A stretch of 62,707 bases of DNA, counting the filler, from Basidiobolus ranarum (lineage: Eukaryota), in NCBI GenBank assembly GCA_040143965.1. It is 3 parts of 3 records of this genome, joined end to end, with 100 filler letters (N's around TTAATTAATTAA, not from the genome) between each part and the next. Parts side by side here need not be neighbours in the genome. Positions count along the whole stretch, not along the records: positions 1 to 20,864 come from JASJQH010000219.1; positions 20,965 to 41,806 come from JASJQH010000220.1; 1 more part is not named here. One strand, 5' to 3'. A program made the position numbers and the translations under genes. Below are positions 12,659 through 26,900 of the stretch, piece after piece. Within the stretch, counting starts at the first letter, position 1. Each line of letters begins with the position of its first letter. The notes beneath the pieces were generated by a model. It was given only the letters and a program-made list of their open reading frames with translations. It ran no database searches and was not told where the DNA came from.

Positions 12659-13826
12659 ATGCTTTTATCAAAAACTTCTCGAATTCTTTCAACCTGTAAC
12701 GTGGGCAACGTAGCAAGGAAAGCCACTGGTGTTTCCACAGTTCGATTCTATTCCAAAAGTAGACTCCAAGGCAAAACTGTACTGATGTAATTAACCAGGC
12801 TCTTTCGCGACAATGACAAGTTATAGTCACTTTTTAGTTTGAAATGTATCTAAACACTTCTTTTATAGTACTGGTGCAAGTGCAGGTATTGGTGCAGCTT
12901 GTGCTGAACTCTTCGCTGCTGAGGGCTCAAATCTGGTATTTTTTTTATTCTAGTGGTATGTTTGTGACATAGTGTTTGAAACTGATTGACTATATTTTCA
13001 AGATTCTAACAGCTCGTAGACTTGACCGTTTGTCTGGACTTAAAGATAAATTCCTCCAAGATAACCCACAGGCTAAAGTTCATATCGCTCAATTGGATGT
13101 TCGTGATAAATCGAACGTCGATTCAGTTATTTCCTCACTTCCCAAGGAATTTCAAGGAGTTGATGTTTTAGTAAACAATGCTGGTAATATATTCTATACT
13201 TTGACCCTCCAAAGCATATATTCTTTGATATGTATCTCATTCTTAAATTGAATTTCTATTAGGCCTTGTCATTGGTCTGGATACCATTCAAAATGTCACC
13301 ATGGATGCTATTGATACTATGTTTGACACCAACGTAAAAGGTCTGTTGTATTGTACTCAAGCTATCTTGCCTATGATGAAGGACAGGAATAAGGGCCATA
13401 TTATCAATTTAAGCTCGATTGCCGGTGAGTTGACATTTAGCTTCAATTATTAAGAGTATATAGCCTCATTCTTTGTCGGCCGAAATATGTCTAGGTAAAG
13501 AAGCTTACGCTAATGGAGGTGTCTATTGCGCCACCAAACATGCGGTTGAAGCGCTCACCCGTAGTTTACGTTTTGAACTAATGAACACTAGAATTCGAGT
13601 CACATCAGTTGCACCTGGAATGGTTGAGACTGAATTCTCCGTAGTGCGATTTGGTGGCAATAAAGAGCGTGCTGACCAGGTTTATAAAGGTATGAAGCCA
13701 CTTAGTGGATACGACATTGCCGAAAGTATTGTGTTTGCTGCATCCCGACCAGAGCATGTCGAGCTTTCCGACATTTTAATTTTCCCCAACGGTCAAGCAG
13801 CGGCTACTACTGTTCACAGAAACTAG
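12659..13826 (+). CDS. Short-chain dehydrogenase, YdfG/YMR226C-like, copy 3, with putative mitochondrial presequence
   Basis: Same motifs and introns; extra N-terminus MLLSKTSRILSTCNVGNVARKATGVSTVRFYSKS (basic, no acidic residues, R-F-Y-S cleavage-like site). Confidence 0.9.
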
Positions 13827-14000
13827 CAAGTTATGATTTATGTTAACTATCAAATCAACCATCTTATTACTCTGACATCGTCTTAGCAGTAATAAATTCC
13901 CACAGTTTTTATTAAATATGAGAAAACCATTGGAGAATAATGATGGTGAAAAACTTTAATTATTGAATGATGAACTCATCGGGTGGTAAACAGTGGCTTG

Positions 14001-15258
14001 TTACATAGGTAATTTCCGTCCTTGTAACTTGGAAATTAATTCCGATTGAATTTGATGTTGCTTGTTGCCTTCTTGTAAAGAGTTAACTGATCTAAGTCCG
14101 TTGACGATATCTTTGGTTTTTCCAAAGTAAACTTCACTTAATAAATTACGCATCTTTAGTTCCATTTCCTCTATCATACGTCCAATGTTACCAATATGTG
14201 AAGACAGATCATCAACTGGGAAATCCTGTTCGGTCTATATGGTGAAAGGCGCATTAATAAATCAAGTTTCGTAATAATAATTCGGATGTGAGTTAGGGTG
14301 GTGTACCTGTCTAGTCATACTTCCGGACAAATTCATACTTCCAATTTCCTCATTACTAGTTATAGTGTAAAGCATAACAGTAGAGGTTAATTTGTAATGT
14401 GCACTTCGACCTCTTTCTTGGGCTTCGAATACATGGATAGAATCCCAGGCTCCTTTCATCTTCTTTGTTTCGTCATTAACTGGAAGGCACATGTGTGTTA
14501 ATACAAAGAATTACTACGATATATCTTCTAAATTGGAAAGAAAACCAACTTTTTTTTATCAAAATCACTCCAGCAAAACCATCATCCAAATCCCAGAAAT
14601 AAACTGAAGATACTCCTCCTTCATAATAGCTGGTTTACTTAAGAATTAGTTGAAAACTTATTAATCTTGCTACAATAATGTTTACTTACAGTTCTCTATA
14701 GGTATCAAAGGCTTCGTTGGCATGTACTTCGAGTTTACGAAGTCTTGGTGAGGGAACACTACCATCTTGAAGAGCGGGATCGTATTCGTTAGACCAAGGA
14801 GATCTTATGAATGTATTAAACATGTTAGTGAACTAAGCACAAAAGGCTAACATTGAAATGTGGGATTTTTGACATGATTGTGAAATAAGTGAATACCAAA
14901 AATTTTATACCAACCTATAGGAATCTCCATCTCTGTTGTAATCACAGACCAAGTACTCTTTACCAGTTTGTTGACAAGTTTGGATTCTAAGTGGTTGGTC
15001 AACGTTTTGTAGCAATTCTTCAGTGAGGTGAGGTGCGATATCAATCAAACCAGCCAGATTCTCCTCCGTTTGCTGAGGAGGCAATCTTCTCATCAGGTCC
15101 AAAGCACAGTCCAATTGGTCAGCCTATAAAGAATTCAAAGTTTTCCGAATAAAATAAACCATGAAAGTAGAAAATACATAATAAACGTTAGTTTTCTATG
15201 GTAAACAATTGAAGTATCAACTAAAGAAGAATTTATCTTGGTTAGATTATTTTACCAT
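14001..15258 (-). CDS. CAP2: F-actin capping protein beta subunit (multi-exon)
   Basis: [76 protein letters not shown]; first coding exon is ATG only. Confidence 0.96.
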
Positions 15259-15756
15259 CGTGTATAGTCTTGGAAGAAGTGTAGCAATATACGTCTTAGG
15301 CTCTTCGTCATCCTACTATTCACTTTGTATTTTCAAGATCAAATAGTGACCATATATACGTGCCCCAATTTGATAATACAGGTAGGCAGAGATTAAATAA
15401 TTGAGTTTCTGATGGGTGCAACTAGAGCAGTATTGGTGTCTGTATTGATATCAGTATCAGTGCCAGTATCCGTATCGGTAAATCTCTCGTTAAAGCATCA
15501 GAATTCAAACCATGTATAACCCAACTAATCCTAAATGCTATAGTTAAAAAAGTCTCCAAGTTGGCCACACAGTTTTGCATATAAGTTATGATTCTTCCTT
15601 AAATAAAGAGTCACGCACGTGTCAAAATCGATCAGTAACAATTTTGTGGTGTGCTAGTCACGCCACTAAAGAATTACAAATGATATTCACTTCCAACCCT
15701 ATGAAGCTTCGTGATATACCTTAATTTAAAGCGGGACTAATTTTGATACTGTTGAA

Positions 15757-18106
15757 ATGGAGAGCCAAGGTAGGGTCATTTCTAGCGAAATATTTATAAA
15801 AAAAACTCCAATTTCTACTGATTAAGTTCATTTATGTTAGGTGAAGAGAGTCTAAATATAATAAAATTTCAAGAACTGAAAGCTGAAAGTAATATCTCGT
15901 TCAAGTATTAGCACTTCGATGTTTAAGTTTTAACGGAAATTCGGCTAGATGCACGTTTAAAACAGCTTTTAAGTGAATATAAAAACAGTGCAAGTAAAAG
16001 CAATAAAATATTGGAGATATCTTCCAGCTTACCAAGGTAACTAACTAAAATATATACTACAGCGAAACTAAAGCTAAAAATTTACTAGGCCAAAAAGACA
16101 AAGATTAGAGACTTTATTAAGAGAGTTTCTAAAATCAGTAAGTTCCTCAACGCGTGAATTGGGACTGAATTGACACCCGGCCTACCTTATCTTTTAATAT
16201 TTTATAGTTAGATGAGGAGGATGCCAGCATTACTTACGAAAAAAGCATAGTGAGACGAATAGAAGAGCTGTTTATTGAACCAGATGACTATTTAAAGGCC
16301 ACACTTGAGAACTCTTCTAATGACTGTATGTCTTCCCTTACTACAGTTTAGTCAAGTGAGATATTAAGTTAATCCGTTTTCAAAGGCGTTAGTTTAAAAT
16401 GGCTATGTCATCATCCAGCTTTATTTACATATTCTTTGACTCCCGAGATTATCGAGACATCACTCAAACGATTCGATTCCAAAGTCATCAAATTAAGCCC
16501 AGATTGTCGCAAACTTTGTTTTCAACCAAATATTTCAGTCACGGCAAATAATGAACCCAGTCTGGAACAGCTGACAGGCGGGAAAATTATATATTTAGAC
16601 TCAACTGACTTCTGCCTTGACACTATACCATATGAAGCCGATACTGATAGCGTGCTCTCAGGAGTTCCCAAGTAAGCCATTCACTATGTATTGATCTACC
16701 ACTGAAATGCTTTCTGAATTCTTTGCAACTAGATACAGACTCGAGACGCGTGTTGTTGTGGGCGATGAGGATTCAGACTACTCTAGCCTAAGATTTGGCA
16801 ATGCCTGTTTTAACTGTGGGCATGTGGGCCATACTGTCAATCAGTGTCTACTGGTATTTATGCTGACTAACAATTGTCCAGCGTCTAAACTCACCATTTA
16901 TTTAGCCAAGAGATGAAGTGCAAATTGCTGAAAATATAGAACGCTTCAAAGAACATAACTCAAGTCACTCGCGGTTAGTGATGTCCAAAACCCCATGGCA
17001 TGTAGATTATGTTGTATGTAACCATGAGTCTAGTTATTATGTAGAGTTAGAAAAGGCCGAAAAACAAGCTCAAATGATATCGACTTTTCAGCCTGGAGGT
17101 AATGCTTACTATTCTGCATTTTATATAGTATTAATCTTACTAGTGTGTAACCTTTCGCTTCATCAGTTTTGTCGGATACACTCCGTGAAGCTTTAGATAT
17201 CCTTTTGAACACTTATTTCGACCCATGTTCTTTCAAATTATCTCCTTCACCTTTGTTCTACGTATCCAAGGTGATCAAGACCCACCTTACTATAACATGA
17301 TGAAGCAGTACGGTTACCCACCTGGATATCTTGGCTATTCAGAAGATGATGGTAGTGTAGATGAAGTTAATGATGTCATGCTCCCTCATCAACTAATAAC
17401 CTTTTAGATCCCTTCGGAGGGTTAAAGTCTGATTATTTCGACTGTGAGTTATTACTCATTGACGATGAGCCTATTATAGAGCCTACACCTGATGCTTTTA
17501 GAAGTATGTGCTAAGCTTTATCTGCTATATTGTAGAGGAAAACTAATTTGACCAACATTCAGAAAAGAAGACTGTTCCGTTAGTGAAGTATCCTGGTTTG
17601 GAAATTAACCAGCCAAGTGAATATCCACTATATGACTACTCCGCATATACTTACACCCCTTATTATGATACTTACTATCCTCTTTACTACAATACATCCT
17701 GGAGCTCTTACTATCCTACAAACGATCAAGGTAGAATCCATTCGAGTGCTGACATTTAGAGCTTTTGATAGCTAACAATAGGTTCATTCATACTGAAGAA
17801 GGATCGTTTGAGACTGCCCTTACGGATCCTCTATCCATCAAGGCCACCCAAGCAAACTCATCAGAAGGTATACCACCACCACCACCACCCCTTCCTTTCG
17901 AGACAACTGAAATAAGCCCAGATGGCTTATTAAAAGAAATAGTACCAATACCAATACCTCCACCTCCACCCCGGCCCCCACGTGTAGATGTCGAAGGCTA
18001 GTGTATTGCAAATATACAAGAAATTACACCACCGCCTCCGCCCCCACCTGAACCGACACTCTCTCAACCTACGGAAGACAGCGATATGGAGTTGGACAGT
18101 GACTAG
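15757..18106 (+). CDS. ZCCHC8-like zinc knuckle / PSP domain protein (multi-exon; stop at 18001 or 18106)
   Basis: CFNCGHVGHTVNQC knuckle, FQPG..S..LREAL..DPPYYNMMKQYGYPPGY (PSP domain), VKYPG, proline-rich tail. Confidence 0.75.
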
Positions 18107-18941
18107 ATATGACCCTTTGGGATGCATAGATTTCACTATAATAAATATTGGTCAAGATATTTTGTAACTGACAATAAATACCGATTTTGCCTACAATAGT
18201 CATATCAACTTCGAAGTAATAAATTATGTAACCATTATCAGTTTCGAATGTTGAGCCAAGTATTGGTGAAAGTCACTACAAGTTCTCAACACTTACAAAC
18301 ATCAATGTCATGATGATTTACTTATTAACTCAAGAATGAGCGAACGTTCTATTCACTTCATAAAGTGGCTGAAGTATCCAAATCATTTTGGTTAAATAAT
18401 TATCAGAGAAGTACAGTTGGTGCTGATAATTCGAACCAATTAGTGATTACTATGTATAATTATTCGCTAATATTTGTCGAATCAGGGTGAATTACAACAA
18501 TAATGCCATTAAATTGGATACATTCACATTGGAGTATGAGTCTATCTATTAAGTATGCTTATAATGGGGGGGGGGGTTGAGATCCTTTTTAGGATGCCAA
18601 TAAATAAGCGATGATCAGTGATAAAAGCCAACCAGACTAAATCACATGGTGTATTCCATACTCTTTGTCGTAAGCAGACTTGATAAATAATTGTTTGGTT
18701 TACTAGTATACATATAGACTCCACTCACACTAAGGTCTTCGAAAAGTTTTAAGCTAATTGGAAAAGGTAACTTCGAACTAGTTTATTCTTTAACCTTTTG
18801 AAAGCCACCTTCATCTTCTCCTTTATAGGATACCTTTCATTTGATACTACACTTTATTTATCTCCATTATTACTAAAAGTTACTAATCCAACTCAGTTCA
18901 TAGGATATATCTCTTTTACCGTTCAGTTTTAGTATTAAATT

Positions 18942-20864
18942 ATGTCGAGTAATACCATGAATTTTGGTCCGGAATGGTAGGTCACTTTTTTTGTAGAAAA
19001 TAGTTACTCCTTTACCTTGTACCCTTTGTTTGGTATTCTTTTTATTATGAAAGCTTACATGATTTTCTTTGGTTGAGGATGAGGCGGTTATCAAAGAGTA
19101 ATGCACCCGGATCTGCAGATTTAACTACACGAGCTTCAACAAATAACTCCCCTGTCCCCATCAACCCCTCAGTGGTGACGTCAACCCCAGGTGGTGGAAA
19201 CTCTTCCAATGCCAATACTACTTTTTCTTACTCTTCCGTAGCAGCTAATAGTCGAACCAACTCTCGACGAAATACTTTGACTCAACTTGAAGGTCTAGAA
19301 GATGAACTGAAAACACCCGTTAATGACGTACACTTTGTGGATCAACTGAACCCCTTTAAATATTCTAAGGAGTTTATGTTATCACTTTATAAACCAGTCG
19401 GTTTACCCTTGGATTTTGAAAAGCATGAATACGTTACGAGTGATGATTGTTTACCTCCTATGGCTAGTATTGAGCTTACTGACCAAGAAAAAAAGGTATG
19501 AATGGGTTTCATTGTATAAATCCTGATAGTATTGAATGTTAAATCGTTTCTTCTGCGGTAATTGCTCTTACTAATCTATATATTCTCTTTTGATGTAAAA
19601 GCTGTTGTCTGGCTCAGTAAATAGCGACCTAACTCGAAGAATTGTTCATCAATCAGCAAGTTCTGGTCATACCAGAGGTGAGAGAGGCTCTCACCGAGGC
19701 GGAGTTTCTGGTATGGGACGAGGAAGAGGAGGTATATGTTAATCCAAACCTTTTAAAAATGACCATTTATGACTGACCCAGTTGTCCCTAGGATCCTCTC
19801 ATAATAAGGACTCCTTTAGAGATGAGGAGAAATTGGATCAAGGTAGCCTTATTCTTTTCACTTATCTTCTAGATCGTGAGATTTAACGTATTTCACAAAT
19901 TAGGTCGATTCTCCAAATCCATTATGCTCAGAGAAAACCCACTTGGATCTAATTTAGATGAAGCTATGTGGAGCAATGTAACTAGACATGCGGTTGGAAC
20001 ATTTGATAGTGATGGAGTATTTAGATTTGGTGGTGAAAATGTTGGCGATGCTCTAGAGTCACTCGAAGCACTTCAAATATCTGACGACCAATTCGAACAA
20101 GAACAAGTATGAGAGTTTATTGCAATCTGATTAACTGAACATGATGTCTAACTTTTCTTGGCTTCACTAGAGTGCCTTATTGAAAGAGACCTTATTCCGA
20201 AATTCCGACCAGGAGGCATCAAATATCTCGCATCAAGAAGCCCAACAACATAGCCAAAGACTGAATCGTGCTATTCTTTCACTAGGAGGAAATAGTGGTG
20301 ATGATGGAGCTAGCAATCAAAGACCCATCAATATCGTGGAGGCACTGTCAAAGAAACCTGACAATGAGCGATCCTTAAGAGACGCCTTCGCTTTTGGTGG
20401 TCATGGAGGTGCTTCTCCATCTCAATCCCCTCCTGATAATATGCGTATTCCCGAAGGAAGATATGCTGCTGGTCATCCTTCTATGCATGACTATCATGAG
20501 ATAGTTCCACCCCACTTGCTCCGATGGTTGTATAAAGACCCATCGGGCAATATTCAAGGTATTTTCTGTAGTATCTCTTTAGAAGCCTGCACCTCTGACT
20601 CTATTTGCATTCTTCTTGACATTTAGGTCCTTTCTCACCTGAAGATATGCATGAATGGTTCGAAGGCGGATTTTTCACCCCTTCCTTACTTGTTAGAAGA
20701 GAGGATGAGCAAATGTTTGAACCGTTAGGAATATTGATCCAACGAGTTGGTGACGATACCAAGCCTTTCTTGGTTGCAGCCTATAAGCAAATCAGGTTTC
20801 AACCAAGGAGGAAGTTTTATTCATTTCTGCCCTATCTGTGACCTCTGAACAAGACTGTAGGTTG
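18942..20864 (+). CDS. GYF-domain protein (GIGYF/Smy2-like), 3' end lost in gap
   Basis: MSSNTMNFGPEWMR, YSKEFMLSLY (eIF4E-family-binding-type YxxxxL motif), GTFDSDG, WLYKDPSGNIQGPF..MHEWFEGGFF (GYF domain). Confidence 0.88.
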
Positions 20865-20964
20865 NNNNNNNNNNNNNNNNNNNNNNNNNNNNNNNNNNNN
20901 NNNNNNNNTTAATTAATTAANNNNNNNNNNNNNNNNNNNNNNNNNNNNNNNNNNNNNNNNNNNN
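20865..20964. other. Assembly gap: 44 N + TTAATTAATTAA + 44 N
   Basis: Direct reading; linker with stops in all six frames. Confidence 0.98.
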
Positions 20965-23900
20965 CGTAACTATTATCAGTAATGTCCAGCCACAGAATGT
21001 GCCGTCCGTAAAGAAGGTAATGGTATTTGGGGAAATGATAACAACGGTAGTGTTGCAAACATGGTGTAGCATGGCGACACTATACAATTGCTATGGTCCA
21101 ACTGAAGTGACTGCTATAATGATGGCAAATCGAATTACGAGTGAGAAAACATCTTGCAATAACATTGGGAAACCAATTGGATGCAATTCAATCTACATTC
21201 TGGATGAAGATTTGCATCCAGTACCACTGGGCGTATGCGGGGAACTTTGTGTCAGTGGTCCGCAACTTGCCCGAGGCTATCTGAATCGACCAGACCTTAC
21301 TGCCCAAGCATTCGAGAAGAGTACCTTATGTTCAGGAGAACGACTCTATCGAACTGGTGATCTTGCACGGTTCAATGCTGATGGATCAGTGGAGTTGATT
21401 GGTCGCAAAGATAATCAAATCAAACTGCATGGCTTGAGAATCGAGTTGGATGAGATAGAGCATGCGTTATATGAGCACTCTGAGGTGAAAAGAGCTTGTG
21501 TATTACCATTACTCTCGAACACAACTCAGATGTCGCTGGTTGCATTTTTGACCTTCAATGGCATGGGTGATAACGAAACTGCATTAGAAGTACCATTGGG
21601 CTCCCAAGCGATATTAGCAGCATCATATATCGATGATCTACAGAATGACATCAGGAATACACTTCCCTCTTATATGATACCCAACGTTTGGTTACCACTC
21701 AATAGAATTCCAGTCAATTCTAGTGGAAAGATTGATCGCAATCAGCTTTCTACTTTATACTCATCACTCAGCTTGGGGCATCTTTTGAGTGTATCAAGTA
21801 CTACCAATGAAGATGATGACAAAACTTTATCACCGTTGGAGAGAAGTATTCGTAATATTTGGTCTGAGACTCTTAATTTATCCTCAAGTAAGATTAGCAT
21901 CGACCATTCCTTCTATCAGTTAGGTGGTGATTCTATTTCTGCCATACGAGTGTCATCACTAAGTAGACAGATCGGAATAGCACTTTCAGTGAGAGAAATC
22001 ATGCAAAACTCGACTATTCGTTCGCAAGCTCTAGTGGCCACTGTTTTAGAAACTGGCTCTTTAAAATCACTTCAAGTGAACCAAGAATATGGCCATCTCA
22101 CTCCAATAATGGCATACTTCCTAGAAACTGCTCAAAAGAATATTCATCACTATAACCAATCTTGGCTGCTGAAGCTAAAGAATCCCATCACAAGCAAACG
22201 GTTGGCCCAGACTATTCCTGCTTTACTGCAGCATCATGAATTACTTCGGAGTCGATTCACCTGTTCTGAAAATCAATGGAATATGAAAATTCTGGCTGTA
22301 GAGGAGGCTGAATTTTATGTTCATCACCGAAGGATCGAATCACTCGATGAACTGAAGGACAATGTCCATCACCTTCAACGCTCCCTCAACATTCACTCTG
22401 GTCCCATCTTCCAGGTCTCCTTGTATGACCTATATGATGGTCAGCAGTTATTGTTTATGACCGCACATCATTTTGTCATTGACCTGGTGTCTTGGAGAAT
22501 ACTCTGGGAAGACCTTGAACGACTACTCGAAGGAAAGGAATGTAGCTACAAGTCAATGAGCTTTGTGCAATGGAGTGCTATGCTTGACGAATACTCCCAA
22601 ACTTTGGACATGGACATGTGGCCTTCACAACAGGTCATCGCGCCTCTCGTCAATGACCCATCGCTTTTAGAGCAGAATACGATCGATACCGCCAAATACC
22701 TCTCGTTCTCTCTACCACGTTCACAGACGGAGTTACTATTTGATCAGTCTAACTTCCCATTCCAGACTGAACCTACAGATCTGATGATTGCTTCACTCGT
22801 CATTGCATATTGTTCAGCCTTTGACGAGAAGAGTATGGCCATTGGTATTGAGGGACACGGCCGAGAGCCATGGAGTGAGGAAATCGACATATCAAGAACT
22901 GTCGGTTGGTTCACTACCATCCATCCAATTATTGTGGAAGCCTCATTCACTGAAGATCCACTGACTATTTTGAAGCGTGTCAAAGATCTGAGAAAACTTA
23001 TTCCTGGGAATGGACTTATTTACGGACTTCTTCGCCACCTAAGTAGGAATACTGAGAATTCCCTGAGTCAAGATAATATCCAGATAAGTTTCAACTATGC
23101 AGGAAGGTTCCAGCAGCTAGAAAATGAAAACTCTTTCTTCCAACCTGTAAAGGCACCATTCGATTTCGATAAATGCAATATGAGTGGAGAGTGGAAGCGG
23201 AATCATGTATTCGATATTACGGCAGCTGTACGTAAAAATTGCTTCCAAGCTGGAATCACCTACAACTCTGCTCTCCATTCCGAGGATATCGTGTCGCAGT
23301 GGCTCACCAAGTGGCAAGAGACTCTCTCAAGTATGATCGACCTATGTGCTCAATTGGATGTTGTTCAGCATACTCGAAGCGATTTCCCACTACTCAAGCT
23401 ATCCGAATCTCAATTCAATCTGCTCTATACGGAAATCCTTCCAGAAATCGGAGTTGACAACAATCTTATTGATGATATTTTGCCTTGCACACACTTACAA
23501 GAAGGCCTCATTGTGGGCTTGCTTAGAGATTCAGAGAACTATCATGTACAACAACAATTCGACTTAGTAGGAGAATGCGACATAGCAAAATTCCAAAGTG
23601 CTTGGCAAACCGTAATTCAAAGTCATCCAATTTTGCATTCCATCTTTGTCCAGAATTCGATTATGGACAATAGCAACTCCACTTTCTTCCAGGTGGTTGT
23701 TAAAGATTACACACCACAGTGGACATATATGAAATGCACTGAGGCTTCAGTTGAAGAAATCACTTCCACCTATTTGGCCAACGATAAAGCGAGAAGATTT
23801 GAACTCGGTCAACCAAATATGAGATTTGCTTTGATAGAAATCGACTGCAACAAACACAGGTATATTACCAGTTGGCATCATGCTATTCTGGACGCATCAG

Positions 23901-26900
23901 CATGGAAATTAGTCTTAGAGGATTTCAATGCTGTTTATCATCAACAAACCCGTCCGAAGACATATCCATTCAAGGATTTCGTATCAGAACTACAGAATCG
24001 TACGCCAGCTTTTATTGAGGAAGAGAAGGCTCACTGGCAGAACCGTTTTGCGCAAACAAATGTCGAGGCATTCCCTAAGCTTCTGCTATCAAAGGAATCT
24101 GAATCTGCGACGGTTCGAATTACTGGTCGTATGGATATATCTAGTACCGCCTTGCTTCAGTTTGCACAGCATTCACAGGTGACATCTTTTACTCTAGTTA
24201 AAGCTGCATGGGCCTTGCTATTAAGAATGTATACCCAAAGTGAAGACGTCGCCTTCGGTTTCATAGTCAATGGAAGGAGTAGTGAACTGGAAGGGGATGC
24301 CGCAATTATTGGCCCATGCATCAACACACTCCCATGCCGCATTATTTATGAAGGCAACAGTACAATAGGTGAATGGTTACAAGGAGTTCACAAAGACTAC
24401 AACTCCTCTCTGTCCTATCAACAGAGCAGTTTACGAGATATTCAAAGTTGGACTGGAGGAATATCACTTTTCGATACTTTAATCAACTACAAATTGAACT
24501 ACAATCAGCAATCCAGAGATATTGATATGGCTAAAGAAACATCAAATATGAAAAAACTGGAACTTGTTTTATTGACAGGAAAAGAAGCAACTGAGGTAAG
24601 TCTATGACCAAATTTAATCAGCATGCAGTAACTTACATCTAATCTAAATTTTGCTTAGTATCCATTATCATTAAATATCTACGCAGACAAGCATAATGTA
24701 TCATTTTCCTTGGACGTGAAGAAATATTTGGTGTCTGAGTATTATGCCGAGCAGATCACTAATGATTTCACAACTATACTTGAAGGCCTAGTAAGTGCAA
24801 CATTGGAAGAAAGATTGGACGACTTGTACTGCAAGCTGAGCAAGAGTTACACGCCCGAGACAACTACCGTTACAGATAGCTCAAGCGACTTGGATTCCAA
24901 TACTAAAAGTTATTTATATTTGCATATGATGTTTGAACAAGTAGCGGTGCTTTATCCCAACAACATAGCCATTCAATTTGAAACATCAGAATATGTCACC
25001 TACGCTGAACTCAATCAACGTGCCAACCAATTGGCTCACTATTTGATCAATCTCGGAGTTGGTCCGGAATCAATGGTGCCACTCTGCCTCGACAAGTCAG
25101 TCTTCATGATTGTTGCTATCCTGGCTGTTCTTAAAGCTGGTGGTGCTTATGTTCCACTTGATCCAAACAACCCGTCAGCAAGAAATGACTTCATTATCAA
25201 GGAGACAAACGCTCAGATGGTGATTACCATTGCACAATATAAGCAGATGTTTAATGAAGTTGCTTTGTTACTGATGGATGAAGATATGGAGAGTATTGAA
25301 TGTAGCCCTACCAACAATCCAGTTGTTAATGAACATACCGAGTCGAATTTATGCTATGTATTGTATACCTCTGGTTCCACGGGAACGCCAAAGGGTGTGA
25401 TGATCGAGCATTATGCAGTAGTGAACCTGTTATTTGGCTTACAAGGTACATGGAATTTGACCACACAAGATGTAGCATTACAATTCGCCAATTATACTTT
25501 CGATGCATCGGTATTGGAGATCTTTCCGGCTTTAACATCTGGTGCTCGCCTTGCATTAGCCGAGAAAGACAACCTACTTACTGATCTGGAGCACTGTATT
25601 CGAATGATGGATGTAACTTCAATGTTTTTAACCGTGACCACAATAAGCAATATCCTCCCACAAAACATACCGTCAGTGACAAAGGTAATGGTAGGCGCAG
25701 AGATGATAACGACAATATTGCTCAAAACGTGGGCACATATGGTTACACTTCATAATGTCTATGGTCCAACTGAAGCAGCAGTGATGTTTATGGCCAACCC
25801 GATCGTGAGTGAGGAAATATCCTGTTCTAATATTGGGAAACCAATTGGATGTAATTCAATCTACATTCTGGACGAAGATATGCACCCAGTACCACTGGGT
25901 GTATGCGGTGAACTTTGCGTCAGCGGTCCACAACTTGCCCGAGGCTATCTGAATCGACCAGACCTTACCGCCCAAGCATTTGAGAAGAGCACCGTGTGTT
26001 CAGGAGAACGACTCTATCGAACTGGTGATCTTGCACGGTTCAATGCTGATGGATCAGTGGAGTTGATTGGTCGCAAAGATAATCAAATCAAACTGAATGG
26101 CTTAAGAATCGAATTGGATGAGATAGAGCATGCATTATATGAGCACTCTGAGGTCAAAAGAGCTTGTGTACTGCCATTAGCCTCTAACACATCTCGGATG
26201 TCGTTGGTTGGATTCTTGACTTTCAATAACATGGATGACAATGAAACTACAGTTGAAGTGCTATCAGGCTCTAATTTGCTATTCACTACATCGTACATCG
26301 ATGAGCTGCAGAATATCATGAGGAAAAGACTTCCGTCTTATATGATACCCAACATTTGGTTACCGCTCAATAGAATTCCAGTCAATTCCAGTGGGAAGAT
26401 TGATCGCAAACATCTTTCTACTTTATACTCATCACTTAGTTTGGAAGAACTTTTGAGTGTATCAGGTACTACCAACGAATATGATGGCACAACCTTAACA
26501 GCAGTGGAGAAATGTATTCGCAATATTTGGTCTGAAGTTCTCAACGTACCCCCAAACAGAATTGCCATCAACGATTCCTTCTATCAGCTAGGCGGCGACT
26601 CTATCTCTGCCATACGAGTGTCATCACTAAGTAGACAAATCGGAATATCACTTTCAGTGAAAGAAATTATTCAAAATTCTACTGTTCGTTTGCAAGCCTC
26701 AGTAGCCACTGTTTTAGAAACTGGTTCTATCGAATCACTTCAAGTGGGCCACGAAGATTTTCGTCTCACGCCGATTATGGCATATTTCCTGGAAACTTCT
26801 CAAAACAATATTCACCATTTTAACCAATCTTGGTTGCTGAAGTTAAAGAATCCCATCACAAACAAACAGTTGGCTCAGACAATTCCTGCTTTACTGCAGC

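Noticed and set aside
20909-20920. TTAATTAATTAA palindrome within N runs (also 41851-41862)
   Set aside because: Identical artificial scaffolding linker, not biological.
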